A stretch of 64,000 bases of DNA from a virus (Duplodnaviria > Caudoviricetes). Position numbers and translations under genes: made by a program. The stretch lies in IMG/VR virus record IMGVR_UViG_3300045526_000235, positions 15,772-79,771 of that record, one strand, 5' to 3'. Shown here piece after piece: positions 8,227-16,480 of this stretch (position 1 is the first letter of the stretch; the number at the start of each line of letters is the position of its first letter). The notes beneath the pieces were generated by a model. That model ran no database searches. It was not told the origin of the DNA and worked only from the letters and a program-made list of their open reading frames with translations.

Positions 8227-8312
8227 GATACGCCCCTAGCCGGACCCTAGATACGCCTCCAGCCGGACCCTATACGACACTGGCCGGATCCACTATACAG
8301 CCTTAGCCGGGC
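8227..8312. repeat. Four 21-23-bp repeats (TAC...GCCGGA/GCC)
   Basis: GCCGG at 8239, 8262, 8283 and 8306; the first two units are nearly identical (GATACGCC..AGCCGGACCCTA). Confidence 0.8.
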
Positions 8313-8313
8313 C

Positions 8314-8499
8314 TCAGCTTCCTCCATCCTTCCAATAGGGAAAGCTCCATCCACTCCCTTGTTCAGCGGCCTCAATGGCCGCTTTTTCGCTGTCATACGG
8401 CCCTCCCACGTCATCACCATCGTCCTGGTACCAATACCAGCCTTCAACGAGCTCAGTGCCTTTGCAGCAGTCTTCTGAGAAGAAATCAACGAGAAGCAT
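8314..8499 (-). CDS. Hypothetical early protein
   Basis: 61-aa ORF (GWYWY...GGPYDSE motif) in the minus-strand early cluster. Confidence 0.65.
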   Translation of the reverse strand: MLLVDFFSEDCCKGTELVEGWYWYQDDGDDVGGPYDSEKAAIEAAEQGSGWSFPYWKDGGS

Positions 8500-8501
8500 G
8501 G

Positions 8502-8804
8502 TCAGTTAATGCGAGCGAGCATGTAGTTAAAGATGCCAGCGCCTGTGCTATCAAGCCTGTAAAGCACGTAGCAATTTGGCCCTCTGTCCCATCCTCCTTC
8601 ACCATCGGGAAGAGCATCAGGCTCGTTAGCCCAAATGCCTTTGCATTTGCCTTCAGCATTGAAGACGCCAATAAGGTCTTCGCTATCTTCCATTGCAAGC
8701 CTTACGTGGAAGATCAAATCACGCAAGCTTGCTGCTTGATAACTGTGCTTGGAAACGGGAAAGTAGGGACCGCAGTCAGAACTGGTACGAATGGTGGTGA
8801 GCAT
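8502..8804 (-). CDS. Hypothetical early protein
   Basis: 100-aa ORF, ACC-ATG start, abuts the next gene. Confidence 0.65.
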   Translation of the reverse strand: MLTTIRTSSDCGPYFPVSKHSYQAASLRDLIFHVRLAMEDSEDLIGVFNAEGKCKGIWANEPDALPDGEGGWDRGPNCYVLYRLDSTGAGIFNYMLARIN

Positions 8805-8854
8805 GGTTGGAAATTAGTTGTTTTTTCGATAAAGGGCAAATATCAGCTTTTCAA

Positions 8855-9040
8855 CTAGGCATTTTCAATAATGCGGAAATCAGGATCGTTGTTTTTCTTT
8901 ATCCATCGACATTGATTGAACTGTGGCAGAACAATGAACAGTTTATCGTGATGATTTTGTTCAACAATGGCAGTGGTGATGTGGGTGCCTATGCGGCTTC
9001 TGCCTTTGTTGCTGATAGCGAGGATGTTGATGGTTTCCAT
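8855..9040 (-). CDS. Hypothetical early protein
   Basis: 61-aa ORF in the co-oriented cluster. Confidence 0.6.
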   Translation of the reverse strand: METINILAISNKGRSRIGTHITTAIVEQNHHDKLFIVLPQFNQCRWIKKNNDPDFRIIENA

Positions 9041-9043
9041 GAT

Positions 9044-9223
9044 TTAAAACTTAGAAAGAATGTGTTCAAGCTCAACAATTTCGTCGATGAAGTCACTGAT
9101 GCATGGCACGTCAAGAAACATTTCCCATTGTTCGGCAGTGGTATCAGCACGCATCTTGTCAAATTTTGCCATCACTGTTTGAAGAGAATTGAGAGCGGTG
9201 GCAATGTTGCTGATGGTTTCCAT
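9044..9223 (-). CDS. Hypothetical early protein
   Basis: METISNIA... 59 aa, ACC-ATG start downstream of a hairpin at ~9247-9266. Confidence 0.55.
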   Translation of the reverse strand: METISNIATALNSLQTVMAKFDKMRADTTAEQWEMFLDVPCISDFIDEIVELEHILSKF

Positions 9224-9275
9224 GGTTGTTGAAGAGAAGGGGAACGGGGCTGGTTGTCCAGCCCCTTTGTCTAGA

Positions 9276-9530
9276 TCAAAGGCCGTTGTATTCAGCGCGA
9301 GGACGGTAGCCGAGAGTGCGGAGCTCCTGCCAGATGGCACGGGCCTTTTCAACGGAAGGATAGGTCTCACGGCCATCAGGAGCATGCCAGGAACGGCCGC
9401 CAGCGAGCTTCAGCGTGTATTTCTGCACCATCACATTGTCACGATTGGGGAAGACGGTGAATTCCACCAGATCGAGGTTGGGAGCCATCAGGGCAAAGCT
9501 CTGGCTGGCGGGGGTGAAACGGAAGGCCAT
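9276..9530 (-). CDS. Hypothetical early protein
   Basis: 84-aa ORF directly after the promoter at 9574-9602. Confidence 0.65.
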   Translation of the reverse strand: MAFRFTPASQSFALMAPNLDLVEFTVFPNRDNVMVQKYTLKLAGGRSWHAPDGRETYPSVEKARAIWQELRTLGYRPRAEYNGL

Positions 9531-9558
9531 GGTTGGTTGTTGGGAGGGTGGGCTCGCG

Positions 9559-9603
9559 CCCTTGACGAAATTAAAATTAAATCAAAACGGGCAGGAAGTC
9601 AAG
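9559..9603 (-). promoter_or_regulatory. Sigma70-type early promoter
   Basis: TTGACT-17 nt-TAATTT on the minus strand; near-identical copy at 11946-11989. Confidence 0.75.
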
Positions 9604-9639
9604 AAAAAGGGGCCAGCAGGCCCCTCTCTTCACACATCT

Positions 9640-9909
9640 TCACATTTGGTCGCAGATGCCAGCCAGGATGCGTCCCGTGTAGTCCTTCACTGCCAGCAGA
9701 TGGCCAAGAGCCTCTCTGCGCTCGTCACGAGCCTGATAGTAGGCGTCAGCGCTTTGCGGATAGAAATCGCGTCCGTTGCACGTTGCATCGCCCAAGGCGC
9801 GAATGGCTTTGTCGATGGCATCGTAGGCAGCAGCGTATTCATCGCGCAGGGAAGCGCCGCCAGTGCCGTTCAGGTGGACAGTGGGGATGGCCGGGTTGGA
9901 AAGGGTCAT
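9640..9909 (-). CDS. Hypothetical phage protein
   Basis: 89-aa ORF (PTVHLNGTG...CNGRDFYPQ), ACC-ATG start. Confidence 0.7.
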   Translation of the reverse strand: MTLSNPAIPTVHLNGTGGASLRDEYAAAYDAIDKAIRALGDATCNGRDFYPQSADAYYQARDERREALGHLLAVKDYTGRILAGICDQM

Positions 9910-9948
9910 GGCTTGAAAGAACAGAGAGTTGGTCGCCCAACAAGAAGA

Positions 9949-10233
9949 CTATACAGGATCGTCAGCGCAAGCAGAGGCAGAGTCGGGGGCAGGGTCAGGG
10001 GCAGGGTCGAGCATGATCCAGCTTGTGTAGTGCCACGAACGTTTATCAAGGCGAATGTAGCCTTTTTCTGCTAAACGCTCAACGGCTTGAATGTAGTCGG
10101 GCATTCTGGAGCTTTGCAAAGGCAGTCTTGGAACAAAACAAGGTTGCTTGCCGTGCTTTTTACGATGGTGAAGAAAATAAAGATAGAGATTGCGTTGGTT
10201 GAGAGAAAGTCCGTTTGTTGCAGGCATAATCAA
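9949..10233 (-). CDS. Hypothetical protein, possibly winged-helix DNA-binding
   Basis: 94-aa ORF with LSLNQRNLYLYF and a DPAP-repeat tail; overlaps the upstream kinase stop. Confidence 0.5.
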   Translation of the reverse strand: MIMPATNGLSLNQRNLYLYFLHHRKKHGKQPCFVPRLPLQSSRMPDYIQAVERLAEKGYIRLDKRSWHYTSWIMLDPAPDPAPDSASACADDPV

Positions 10234-10631
10234 AGTGGAATGTTTGTCGTAGGAGCAACACCTTGCCAGCGTGCTTTCATGCTGGCAATAGTTTCTTCTG
10301 GCACATCATGAAGCGATTTCCATGAGCCTTTTGCTTCAATCAACATGCAAGGCAATTGGAGCTCCTTCACCATGTTGAAATAGGGCTGCAATTCCCATAA
10401 CTCCACGAAAGTGTTGGCTACCACCACTCTCTTGCCTTTCTTAAGAGCATCGAGAGTACGAAATTGGCACCATGAATGGGCAGCAGGAAGAAGATGAGGC
10501 GCGAAAGTGTATTTGTCACCTTCCATGAAAAACATATCAGCTTCCCAATGTTCATCGGCAACTGTGCCAAGCATTGCTTTCGCGAGAGTGGACTTGCCTG
10601 AACCAGGAAGCCCTCGGATGAGAATGAGCAT
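10230..10631 (-). CDS. P-loop kinase (AAA_33 / polynucleotide-kinase-like)
   Basis: N-terminal LILIRGLPGSGKST Walker A, EADMFF and VVVANTF motifs. Confidence 0.8.
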   Translation of the reverse strand: MLILIRGLPGSGKSTLAKAMLGTVADEHWEADMFFMEGDKYTFAPHLLPAAHSWCQFRTLDALKKGKRVVVANTFVELWELQPYFNMVKELQLPCMLIEAKGSWKSLHDVPEETIASMKARWQGVAPTTNIPL

Positions 10632-10636
10632 GGCAG

Positions 10637-10825
10637 TCACCAGCACTGAGAGCAGCTAACACGAACGACAGCTCCTTCCAGACCATCGAGAGAACGTGCC
10701 AGGCGGAAAGCATCACGTTCGGCAGTGGAGCTGTTGAAACGCTCCACGACAACACTTTGCCAGGGAGCATCTACAGGCTCCATGGTCACCTTGTATTCGA
10801 TGAAAGCAGATGGTTGGGAGAGCAT
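10637..10825 (-). CDS. Hypothetical early protein
   Basis: 62-aa ORF downstream of the promoter-like element at 10862-10890. Confidence 0.5.
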   Translation of the reverse strand: MLSQPSAFIEYKVTMEPVDAPWQSVVVERFNSSTAERDAFRLARSLDGLEGAVVRVSCSQCW

Positions 10826-10913
10826 GGTGGTAAAGCAGGGAGGCTCGCGCCTCGTGAAATAACAATAAGATCAAAAGGGGCCGTTGCCAGCCCCGTGTAA
10901 CAATCGTTAACAA

Positions 10914-11918
10914 TCAGGCCAGGGCCAGAGCGTGAGCCTTGTTCAGCGTGGCTGCAGCAGTGCCCCAGTAGAGGCTTTCCAGGCGACGGCGAGCGGTGTC
11001 AATGTTGTCTGCATCGCCACGACCAGCTTCGTGCGTGAGGAATTCAGTGACCGTGTTGTACGCGCCCCACATGGTGCCTTGCACGCCTTTGATGTCGAAA
11101 CCAATGCCATCACCAGCGAATTTGTTGGCGAGAGAGTCCCACTGAGGAAGGTCTGCAATGGTCTTGGGACGTGCAGTGGTTTTATCACCACGCTTGTCGT
11201 TGATGGTGCCTGCCAATTGGTCTGCAAACACTTGCTGGCAATACTGCTTGAACATTTCAGAAGTGCAGGGCTTGGCAGCCATTGCCTGGAGCTCTTCAAT
11301 GGTGGCAGTGAATTGCTGCCGCTTCATATCAATGATCTCGGGAAGACGATCAATGAGAGAGTTAGCATTGGCAGTGTGACGAATGCTCATGCGCTTGTTA
11401 GCACCAGCGCGAGCAGCGTGATTGAGCGTAGCCGAGAGTGTGTTCATGCACACCACGCGAATAGGCGAGAAGATGGCTTGGAAAGCAATGGTGCCATCGT
11501 GGCTAGTGGTGCCGACGAAATATTGGTTAATTTCATCGCCTTTCACCACTTCGCCTTCTGCATTGTTAATGCGAGCAGTGAATGCCACTTTTCTACCTTC
11601 CTGCAGAACCACCACGGCATCCATGGAGGCATCTTCATGCAGGGCCTCGGCCAGGCGGATGAGCTGCTCGTTTTGAACGATGGTGTAGGAATCCTTTTGA
11701 ACGCTGAGAACAGTGCCGTTGTCGCCGCGAGAAATGGCCTGATAGCCCTCGATGGGAGCGCCAGTGGGATCGAAGATGGGAGTGCCAACTACATCCCAGT
11801 CGGCATCGGCCAGGCGGAATGCTTCGCGAGCGGGCAGCGTGCCATCGAGGACAGTGCCGAGCTTGTGCCATGCGGCCTTGCCGTTGAAGAAAGCGCCGGA
11901 GGTGAATTGGTGAGCCAT
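10914..11918 (-). CDS. DUF932-family phage/plasmid protein
   Basis: AWHKLGTV, YTIVQNEQL, TSHDGT, PIRVVCMNTL and GTMWGAYNTVTEFLTH motifs. Confidence 0.85.
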   Translation of the reverse strand: MAHQFTSGAFFNGKAAWHKLGTVLDGTLPAREAFRLADADWDVVGTPIFDPTGAPIEGYQAISRGDNGTVLSVQKDSYTIVQNEQLIRLAEALHEDASMDAVVVLQEGRKVAFTARINNAEGEVVKGDEINQYFVGTTSHDGTIAFQAIFSPIRVVCMNTLSATLNHAARAGANKRMSIRHTANANSLIDRLPEIIDMKRQQFTATIEELQAMAAKPCTSEMFKQYCQQVFADQLAGTINDKRGDKTTARPKTIADLPQWDSLANKFAGDGIGFDIKGVQGTMWGAYNTVTEFLTHEAGRGDADNIDTARRRLESLYWGTAAATLNKAHALALA

Positions 11919-11945
11919 GGTTTGGAAGCAGGGGGCAGTCGCTGC

Positions 11946-11989
11946 CCTTGACGAGATAAAAATTAGATCAAAACGGAGCGGGGGTCAAG
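11946..11989 (-). promoter_or_regulatory. Sigma70-type early promoter
   Basis: TTGACC-17 nt-TAATTT upstream of the DUF932 gene. Confidence 0.75.
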
Positions 11990-12031
11990 CCCTGTTACAA
12001 AACGAAACAAAGGGGCCTTGCGGCCCCTGGA

Positions 12032-12223
12032 TCAAGACGAAAGCAAGCGTCGGATGTTGCCTTCAATATTGTGCAACAAATGCCTATCCATACTGCTCTT
12101 GCTAGTCACAAGAATCTTGCCAGATGGATGTTTGAAGATGTAGTGCTTTGTCTCACGATGAAGAACAAAGCCATACTTCTTGGCTAATGCTATTACTGCT
12201 CGTCTATTGTCTTTCAGCGCCAT
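12032..12223 (-). CDS. HicA-like small protein
   Basis: 63 aa basic protein; GFVLHRETKHYIFKHPSGK resembles the HicA dsRBD-like fold. No HicB-like partner adjacent. Confidence 0.5.
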   Translation of the reverse strand: MALKDNRRAVIALAKKYGFVLHRETKHYIFKHPSGKILVTSKSSMDRHLLHNIEGNIRRLLSS

Positions 12224-12489
12224 TAGAGCACGCGCCAGATGTCATCTTTCAATGCGTCTGATAATGAACGAAGACAGTCTTTAGTGTATTTCTTGCCTTT
12301 GCCTTCCATCATTCTTGCCCAGTCTCGCTGGGAGAGCTTTTCAGGGGCGGTAGAAATGTGGCGAAGAAGAAGATTCCGAGCAACAGAGCGGTCCGCATTG
12401 TTATAAGAAGTCCAGGAGAAACCAATAGCGTTGGTGACCATCTTAGCGATGGCGTGTTGAGTCTTAGTCAGAGAAACTTTGCAAGTCAT
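12223..12489 (-). CDS. Hypothetical protein
   Basis: 88-aa ORF coupled to its neighbours by overlapping start/stop codons. Confidence 0.55.
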   Translation of the reverse strand: MTCKVSLTKTQHAIAKMVTNAIGFSWTSYNNADRSVARNLLLRHISTAPEKLSQRDWARMMEGKGKKYTKDCLRSLSDALKDDIWRVL

Positions 12490-12902
12490 TTTACTTTCTC
12501 CTGCCACATTGTTGCGGCAATAATGTGCTTGCATTGAATGGCATCAGCAGCAATGCCGCGTTCATGCTGGAAATAGGCATCAGCACAAGTGCAGGAATAG
12601 TATCCAGGCTTGTTGGTATTCATTGCATGTTGAATGACAATGTGGTGATCGCTTTCAGTGTGAGGATCAAACACAAGCCAAGAATGCTCGCCATTCTTCT
12701 GTGCAATGCAACCACGAGCGCGAGAACGACGTTGTGCAATCTCCCATGCATCGAAATAGTATTTGCGAGAGATAAAGCGTGGTCCTTTGTTAGTACGAAT
12801 GAGAACGACGTGCTGCAGAACACTTAGCACTTTCATGCCGAGTTGTTCTTGAGCTTTTTGTGTGATGCGGAAGTGGCCAGAGGGCTTGGTAGCGGTTGTC
12901 AT
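12486..12902 (-). CDS. SWIM zinc-finger protein
   Basis: YSCTCADAYF...CKHIIA matches the CxC-xn-CxH SWIM pattern; promoter TTGACC-17-TACGCT at ~12976-13004. Confidence 0.7.
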   Translation of the reverse strand: MTTATKPSGHFRITQKAQEQLGMKVLSVLQHVVLIRTNKGPRFISRKYYFDAWEIAQRRSRARGCIAQKNGEHSWLVFDPHTESDHHIVIQHAMNTNKPGYYSCTCADAYFQHERGIAADAIQCKHIIAATMWQEKVK

Positions 12903-13206
12903 GAGGGAGCTGTCGCCAGCGAGAACAGAGGAAGAAAGAGAGCCCCAAGCAGGGCTCTGCAGACATTCCGAGGGAAGCGTACCAACAAAAAAGCCCCCGG
13001 TCAAGGGGGCGTGTTACGTTTTAGTGACAAAGCTCAAGGGAGGGGCTTTACAGGGAAGCCGTTAGCAATGCGACAGTAGCGAGAGGGGTGGATCTTGACG
13101 CATTCTGCCAAGCCTTCGTAGTCAGGGCCGATTTGTGGAGCTGCAGCGATGGTGAATGCTCCGAGGCCAAAAACAGTGGAGACAATGACAAATGAAGCAA
13201 GGTCTT

Positions 13207-13566
13207 TCATAGCCGAGAAATGCAGATGGACGCTTCACCTTGAGACGGAGATGCGATGCGCGAGAAACTGCCGTAGGACAAATCAAGGATGCGCCCACCA
13301 GCGTAGGGACCTCTATCTGTGATCGTCACTGCCACTTCCTTTCCATTGTTGCGATTCTTTACAAGCACTTTCGTGCCAAATGGAAGATAGGGGTGGGCAG
13401 CAGTTAGGGCGTAAGCATTGAAGCGAGAGCCGTTTGCTGCAATGCGACCGTGATAACCATCGCCAATGCCGTAGTGCGAGGCGTAGCCGCATTGAAGCGT
13501 TGCCGCTTGACTCGGGAAGATAGTGGAGCCAAGAAGCAGGAGAGAAGATAAAAAGCGTTTCATCAA
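13207..13566 (-). CDS. rlpA: RlpA-family (DPBB) lytic transglycosylase with signal peptide
   Basis: ASHYG...AANGSRF...[11 protein letters not shown]...V.ITDRGPY..GRILDLS motifs and an N-terminal signal peptide. Confidence 0.85.
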   Translation of the reverse strand: MMKRFLSSLLLLGSTIFPSQAATLQCGYASHYGIGDGYHGRIAANGSRFNAYALTAAHPYLPFGTKVLVKNRNNGKEVAVTITDRGPYAGGRILDLSYGSFSRIASPSQGEASICISRL

Positions 13567-13671
13567 GAAGGAGAGAGAGCTAGCAGGGCTGCAACCATCT
13601 CTGGATGCAGTCTCCCCATTGTGCCATGGTTGTCAAGGACGTTGTGGAACGGACCGGGCATGGTAGGATTG

Positions 13672-13886
13672 CAAAGCACTCGGTCCTGGTGGCTTAATTG
13701 CTGCCCTCGTCTTCGGGCGAGCCGTGAGGGTGGACGCTTCGGGCGATGCGGGCGAAGCCGTATGGCTTAGCCAAGGAGGTTCTACATGGTTGCTCCTGCA
13801 GGGCGCATTGCCTCCCCGTGAAGCCTTGGGGAAAACGAGGTATCGGAGGGTGTAGAGAGAGGGGGCCGTATGGCCCCTTTTCTTTT
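13672..13886 (+). ncRNA. Candidate structured ncRNA (~210 nt)
   Basis: Extended -10 (TGG-TAGGAT, 13661-13669), cUUCGg hairpin CTCGTC-TTCG-GGCGAG, further stems, and terminator GGGGCC-GTAT-GGCCCC-TTTTCTTTT. Confidence 0.45.
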
Positions 13887-13973
13887 GCCAGGCCGCTGTT
13901 GCACAGCGGGGAGTTTGTGCAACAAGCTCCGTTACAAAGTCAGCTAGGCTCAATACAGAGCTAGCTAGTTCCA

Positions 13974-14138
13974 ATGAAGCTTTCAGCAGAGCAAGAGAAA
14001 AAGCGTTTAGCTAAATGGTTAAGGGAAGGAGAAGTTTATGATCCGCGTAATGAAGAAGATTTTGACACTTATAACTATGGAACAGAGCCCATCCCTGGTG
14101 ATCGCACCTGGGCTATGCACAATGACAACGTGGCTTAG
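13974..14138 (+). CDS. Small hypothetical protein (54 aa, below the track cut-off)
   Basis: MKLSAEQEKKRLAKWLREGE...; fills the gap between the terminator and a convergent gene. Confidence 0.45.
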   Translation: MKLSAEQEKKRLAKWLREGEVYDPRNEEDFDTYNYGTEPIPGDRTWAMHNDNVA

Positions 14139-14446
14139 TTTCCTCGGAACCAGCGTTGCTTGTTTTGAAACCATTCTGCCAGCGTGATGGGATCTTGCGG
14201 GCCTGATAGATGGTTGCTTGGATCTGGGTCGCCAAGGTTTAATGCTTGACAAAAGCCATCAAGACTATCTTGAGGAGCGCTGCCATTAATAGCAATAGAA
14301 CGAGCATGTTTTAAACGATCGTCTACGGAAGGATTGTGAGCAGCAAGCTTTTGCAACCAAGTGATGTCTTGCAATTCCACTGACGCGCCATTTGCAATGC
14401 GAGAGCAAATAAATTCCACGCGTTGACGCATATCAGTGGAAAGCAT
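14135..14446 (-). CDS. Hypothetical cyanophage protein
   Basis: 103-aa ORF, MLSTDMRQRVEFICSRIANG. Confidence 0.7.
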   Translation of the reverse strand: MLSTDMRQRVEFICSRIANGASVELQDITWLQKLAAHNPSVDDRLKHARSIAINGSAPQDSLDGFCQALNLGDPDPSNHLSGPQDPITLAEWFQNKQRWFRGN

Positions 14447-14497
14447 ATTATTGTTGCAAGACGATCATAATTCTAGGCAAAGGCAATAAAAAAGGCC

Positions 14498-14740
14498 CTA
14501 TTGGGCCTCTAGCTCGGCAGCGATGGCGAGGAGATCATCCACGTCGATCATTAGCGCGTAGGAGGCTCCACCGCAGGTCTCATACTCATCGCTGTAAATG
14601 TGGAGCGCAGCAGCACGCAGGGCGGCGACGACCGATGCGCGGTCCAGCGCCCACAAGTTGTCATCCTTGGGGATGGACTTGTCATAGGTAGCCAGCGCGG
14701 CGTCACGCACCGCCTGCGCGGCGGGGGAGAGTTCAGCCAT
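14498..14740 (-). CDS. LSPAA-family paralog 5
   Basis: MAELSPAAQAV...AALRAAA...LLAIAAELE. Confidence 0.75.
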   Translation of the reverse strand: MAELSPAAQAVRDAALATYDKSIPKDDNLWALDRASVVAALRAAALHIYSDEYETCGGASYALMIDVDDLLAIAAELEAQ

Positions 14741-14930
14741 TGATGCCCTCCAGCTCGTTCACGATGTCGAGCAAGTCCTGGCGAATGCCATCAGCGCCCT
14801 TGATGCGCACGGCCAGAGCGGTCAGCGCAGCGGCTAGGCAGGCATCGACGTGCTCGCCTGGGCCGAGTAACATGTATCGCTCGTTAAATGCCTCCACGAT
14901 GGCGCGGGCGGCGGGTGAAAGATCGGTCAT
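14733..14930 (-). CDS. LSPAA-family paralog 4
   Basis: MTDLSPAARAI...AAALTALA...LLDIVNELE. Confidence 0.75.
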   Translation of the reverse strand: MTDLSPAARAIVEAFNERYMLLGPGEHVDACLAAALTALAVRIKGADGIRQDLLDIVNELEGING

Positions 14931-15133
14931 AGGTTGCAGCGGTAGGTGCCGTACTTAATGCCTTCGAGTTCGTCGGCAAGGGCGTGAAGCGTGGAGGCTG
15001 ATTGGGGGTGACAGAGTTGTTTTGCAGCAGCACGCAGGGCGGCTGCAAGGCCAAGACGAGGTGGCCCGTGTTCTTCAACGACTTCGCAAAACCTGCACCA
15101 AACACTGAGCGCGGCAGGTGAGAGGTCAGCCAT
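14927..15133 (-). CDS. LSPAA-family paralog 3
   Basis: MADLSPAALSV...AAALRAAA...LHALADELE. Confidence 0.75.
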   Translation of the reverse strand: MADLSPAALSVWCRFCEVVEEHGPPRLGLAAALRAAAKQLCHPQSASTLHALADELEGIKYGTYRCNL

Positions 15134-15362
15134 CGACACCCTCCAGCTCGGCGGCGATGACGTACAGCGCCCAGTGAGTTGCACCTTCGGCGCATTGATC
15201 TGCGGCAGCCCTTAGGGCGGCAGCAAGACCACGACGATGAACACAGACGTAGCACCCATTCCAATCTTGGTCATTGGGGTGGCAACCCCGTTCTTCGCGT
15301 AGGCAGCGAGACTTTGCCTCGGCAATCAGTACTGCCTGCGCCTGTGGCGAAAGGTCAGTCAT
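15126..15362 (-). CDS. LSPAA-family paralog 2
   Basis: MTDLSPQAQAV...AAALRAAA...LYVIAAELE. Confidence 0.75.
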   Translation of the reverse strand: MTDLSPQAQAVLIAEAKSRCLREERGCHPNDQDWNGCYVCVHRRGLAAALRAAADQCAEGATHWALYVIAAELEGVDG

Positions 15363-15609
15363 CACTCCCCTCCAGCTCGGCGGCGATGGCGAGGAGGCTC
15401 AACCTGATCTCGACCATCTTCTGCAACGGCAAGGCGTGGTTGCGGTCGAAGAACTCCTCTTCAAGTGCCGGCGATACCACCTGATCCGCAGCAGCACGCA
15501 GGGCGGCGGCGATCATGCGACGACGCTGAATGATTTCTTCATTGAATAAACCGTGGTGGATGCAGGCTGCTTTCAGCACTGCGCGGGCGGCGGGGGAGAG
15601 GTCAGTCAT
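15355..15609 (-). CDS. LSPAA-family paralog 1
   Basis: MTDLSPAARAV...AAALRAAA...LLAIAAELE. Confidence 0.75.
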   Translation of the reverse strand: MTDLSPAARAVLKAACIHHGLFNEEIIQRRRMIAAALRAAADQVVSPALEEEFFDRNHALPLQKMVEIRLSLLAIAAELEGSDD

Positions 15610-15967
15610 CGAGTTGCTCCAGGGCGCGGCGGATGGTGTCGAGTGCTGAAACACGCACTCCTGACTCGGGGCTAATAGAAATTAGGCTCAGTTCTTCCAG
15701 CGCCTGCTCCTTCAAGCTCGGCGGCTTGGAGCGGAGGTAGTTATACATCTCGGTCACATCTTCCTCTTCCCATGCAGCGCATCGCTCAAGGTAGTTTCCG
15801 CAAGCCAGCAGCTCCTGATCGGCGCCCCATTGGGCGGCTTGGGTGGCGATGTGCAGCGGCAGTTTCCCAGGCGCTGAACCTGGCACGCCCTCCAGACCGT
15901 AGACCTCTTGTACCCACTGCTGCACCAGCTCCGGCGGCGGAGTGATCGGGGAAAATTGATCAGTCAT
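15602..15967 (-). CDS. Hypothetical cyanophage protein (ITPPPELVQQW family)
   Basis: PITPPPELVQQW, AAQWGADQEL and PPSLKEQAL motifs. Confidence 0.7.
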   Translation of the reverse strand: MTDQFSPITPPPELVQQWVQEVYGLEGVPGSAPGKLPLHIATQAAQWGADQELLACGNYLERCAAWEEEDVTEMYNYLRSKPPSLKEQALEELSLISISPESGVRVSALDTIRRALEQLDD

Positions 15968-16123
15968 TAAATACTTGTTGCGGCTTTATAAAGCTGAGCA
16001 TAAAGCTCCTCTTGACGCTCTCGCCAATAACCAAGCCTGTTCTCAAGCTGTTGCAATGAAAGGAAGCGTTGGCGGCGTGATTCCCTGTCCCAGTCAAGCT
16101 CAGGATCATTCTCAAACATTGGC

Positions 16124-16480
16124 TCATTCACCATCGTCATGATTAGCCTCCTGCAATGCAGAAATGATGGTTTCTTTTAAGCTTTCAGCACGAACGAACA
16201 ACCCTCCATTGCCATCTCTGTATTCGGGATGGGCGGCTTCAAAGCGATTCAATGCGCCATACAAAGTACTGTCAACAATGCGTTGGATGTTGCGAACGTC
16301 TCCGCTAGAAAGACTGTCAAAAGTGCTGCGATCTCCATACATTCGTTTTGCTACGCCTTCCATTAATGAAATGTAGGTAGCAGATAAATCGCGATAACTT
16401 AGCCAGAATTCTTTTGCATGAGAACTAAGCTTTTCGCCTTCTGCAGGCGTGTCTTTGAACTGAGGAATGTCCATGGTCAA
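16124..16480 (-). CDS. Hypothetical protein
   Basis: 118-aa ORF coupled to its neighbour by an ATGA overlap. Confidence 0.65.
   Translation of the reverse strand: MTMDIPQFKDTPAEGEKLSSHAKEFWLSYRDLSATYISLMEGVAKRMYGDRSTFDSLSSGDVRNIQRIVDSTLYGALNRFEAAHPEYRDGNGGLFVRAESLKETIISALQEANHDDGE

Noticed and set aside
7916-8312. CRISPR or TIGR array
   Set aside because: These are tandem repeats with short variable flanks, several unrelated families, and no adjacent effector; they fit protein-binding iterons better.
9189-10074. Long plus-strand ORFs (275 and 219 aa)
   Set aside because: They span several minus-strand genes, a promoter and terminators; this is a GC-rich shadow effect.
10932-11951. 339-aa plus-strand ORF
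   Set aside because: Exact antisense shadow of the DUF932 gene with no recognisable motifs.
13746-13964. 72-aa plus-strand ORF
   Set aside because: It reads through a strong intrinsic terminator and has no recognisable motifs.
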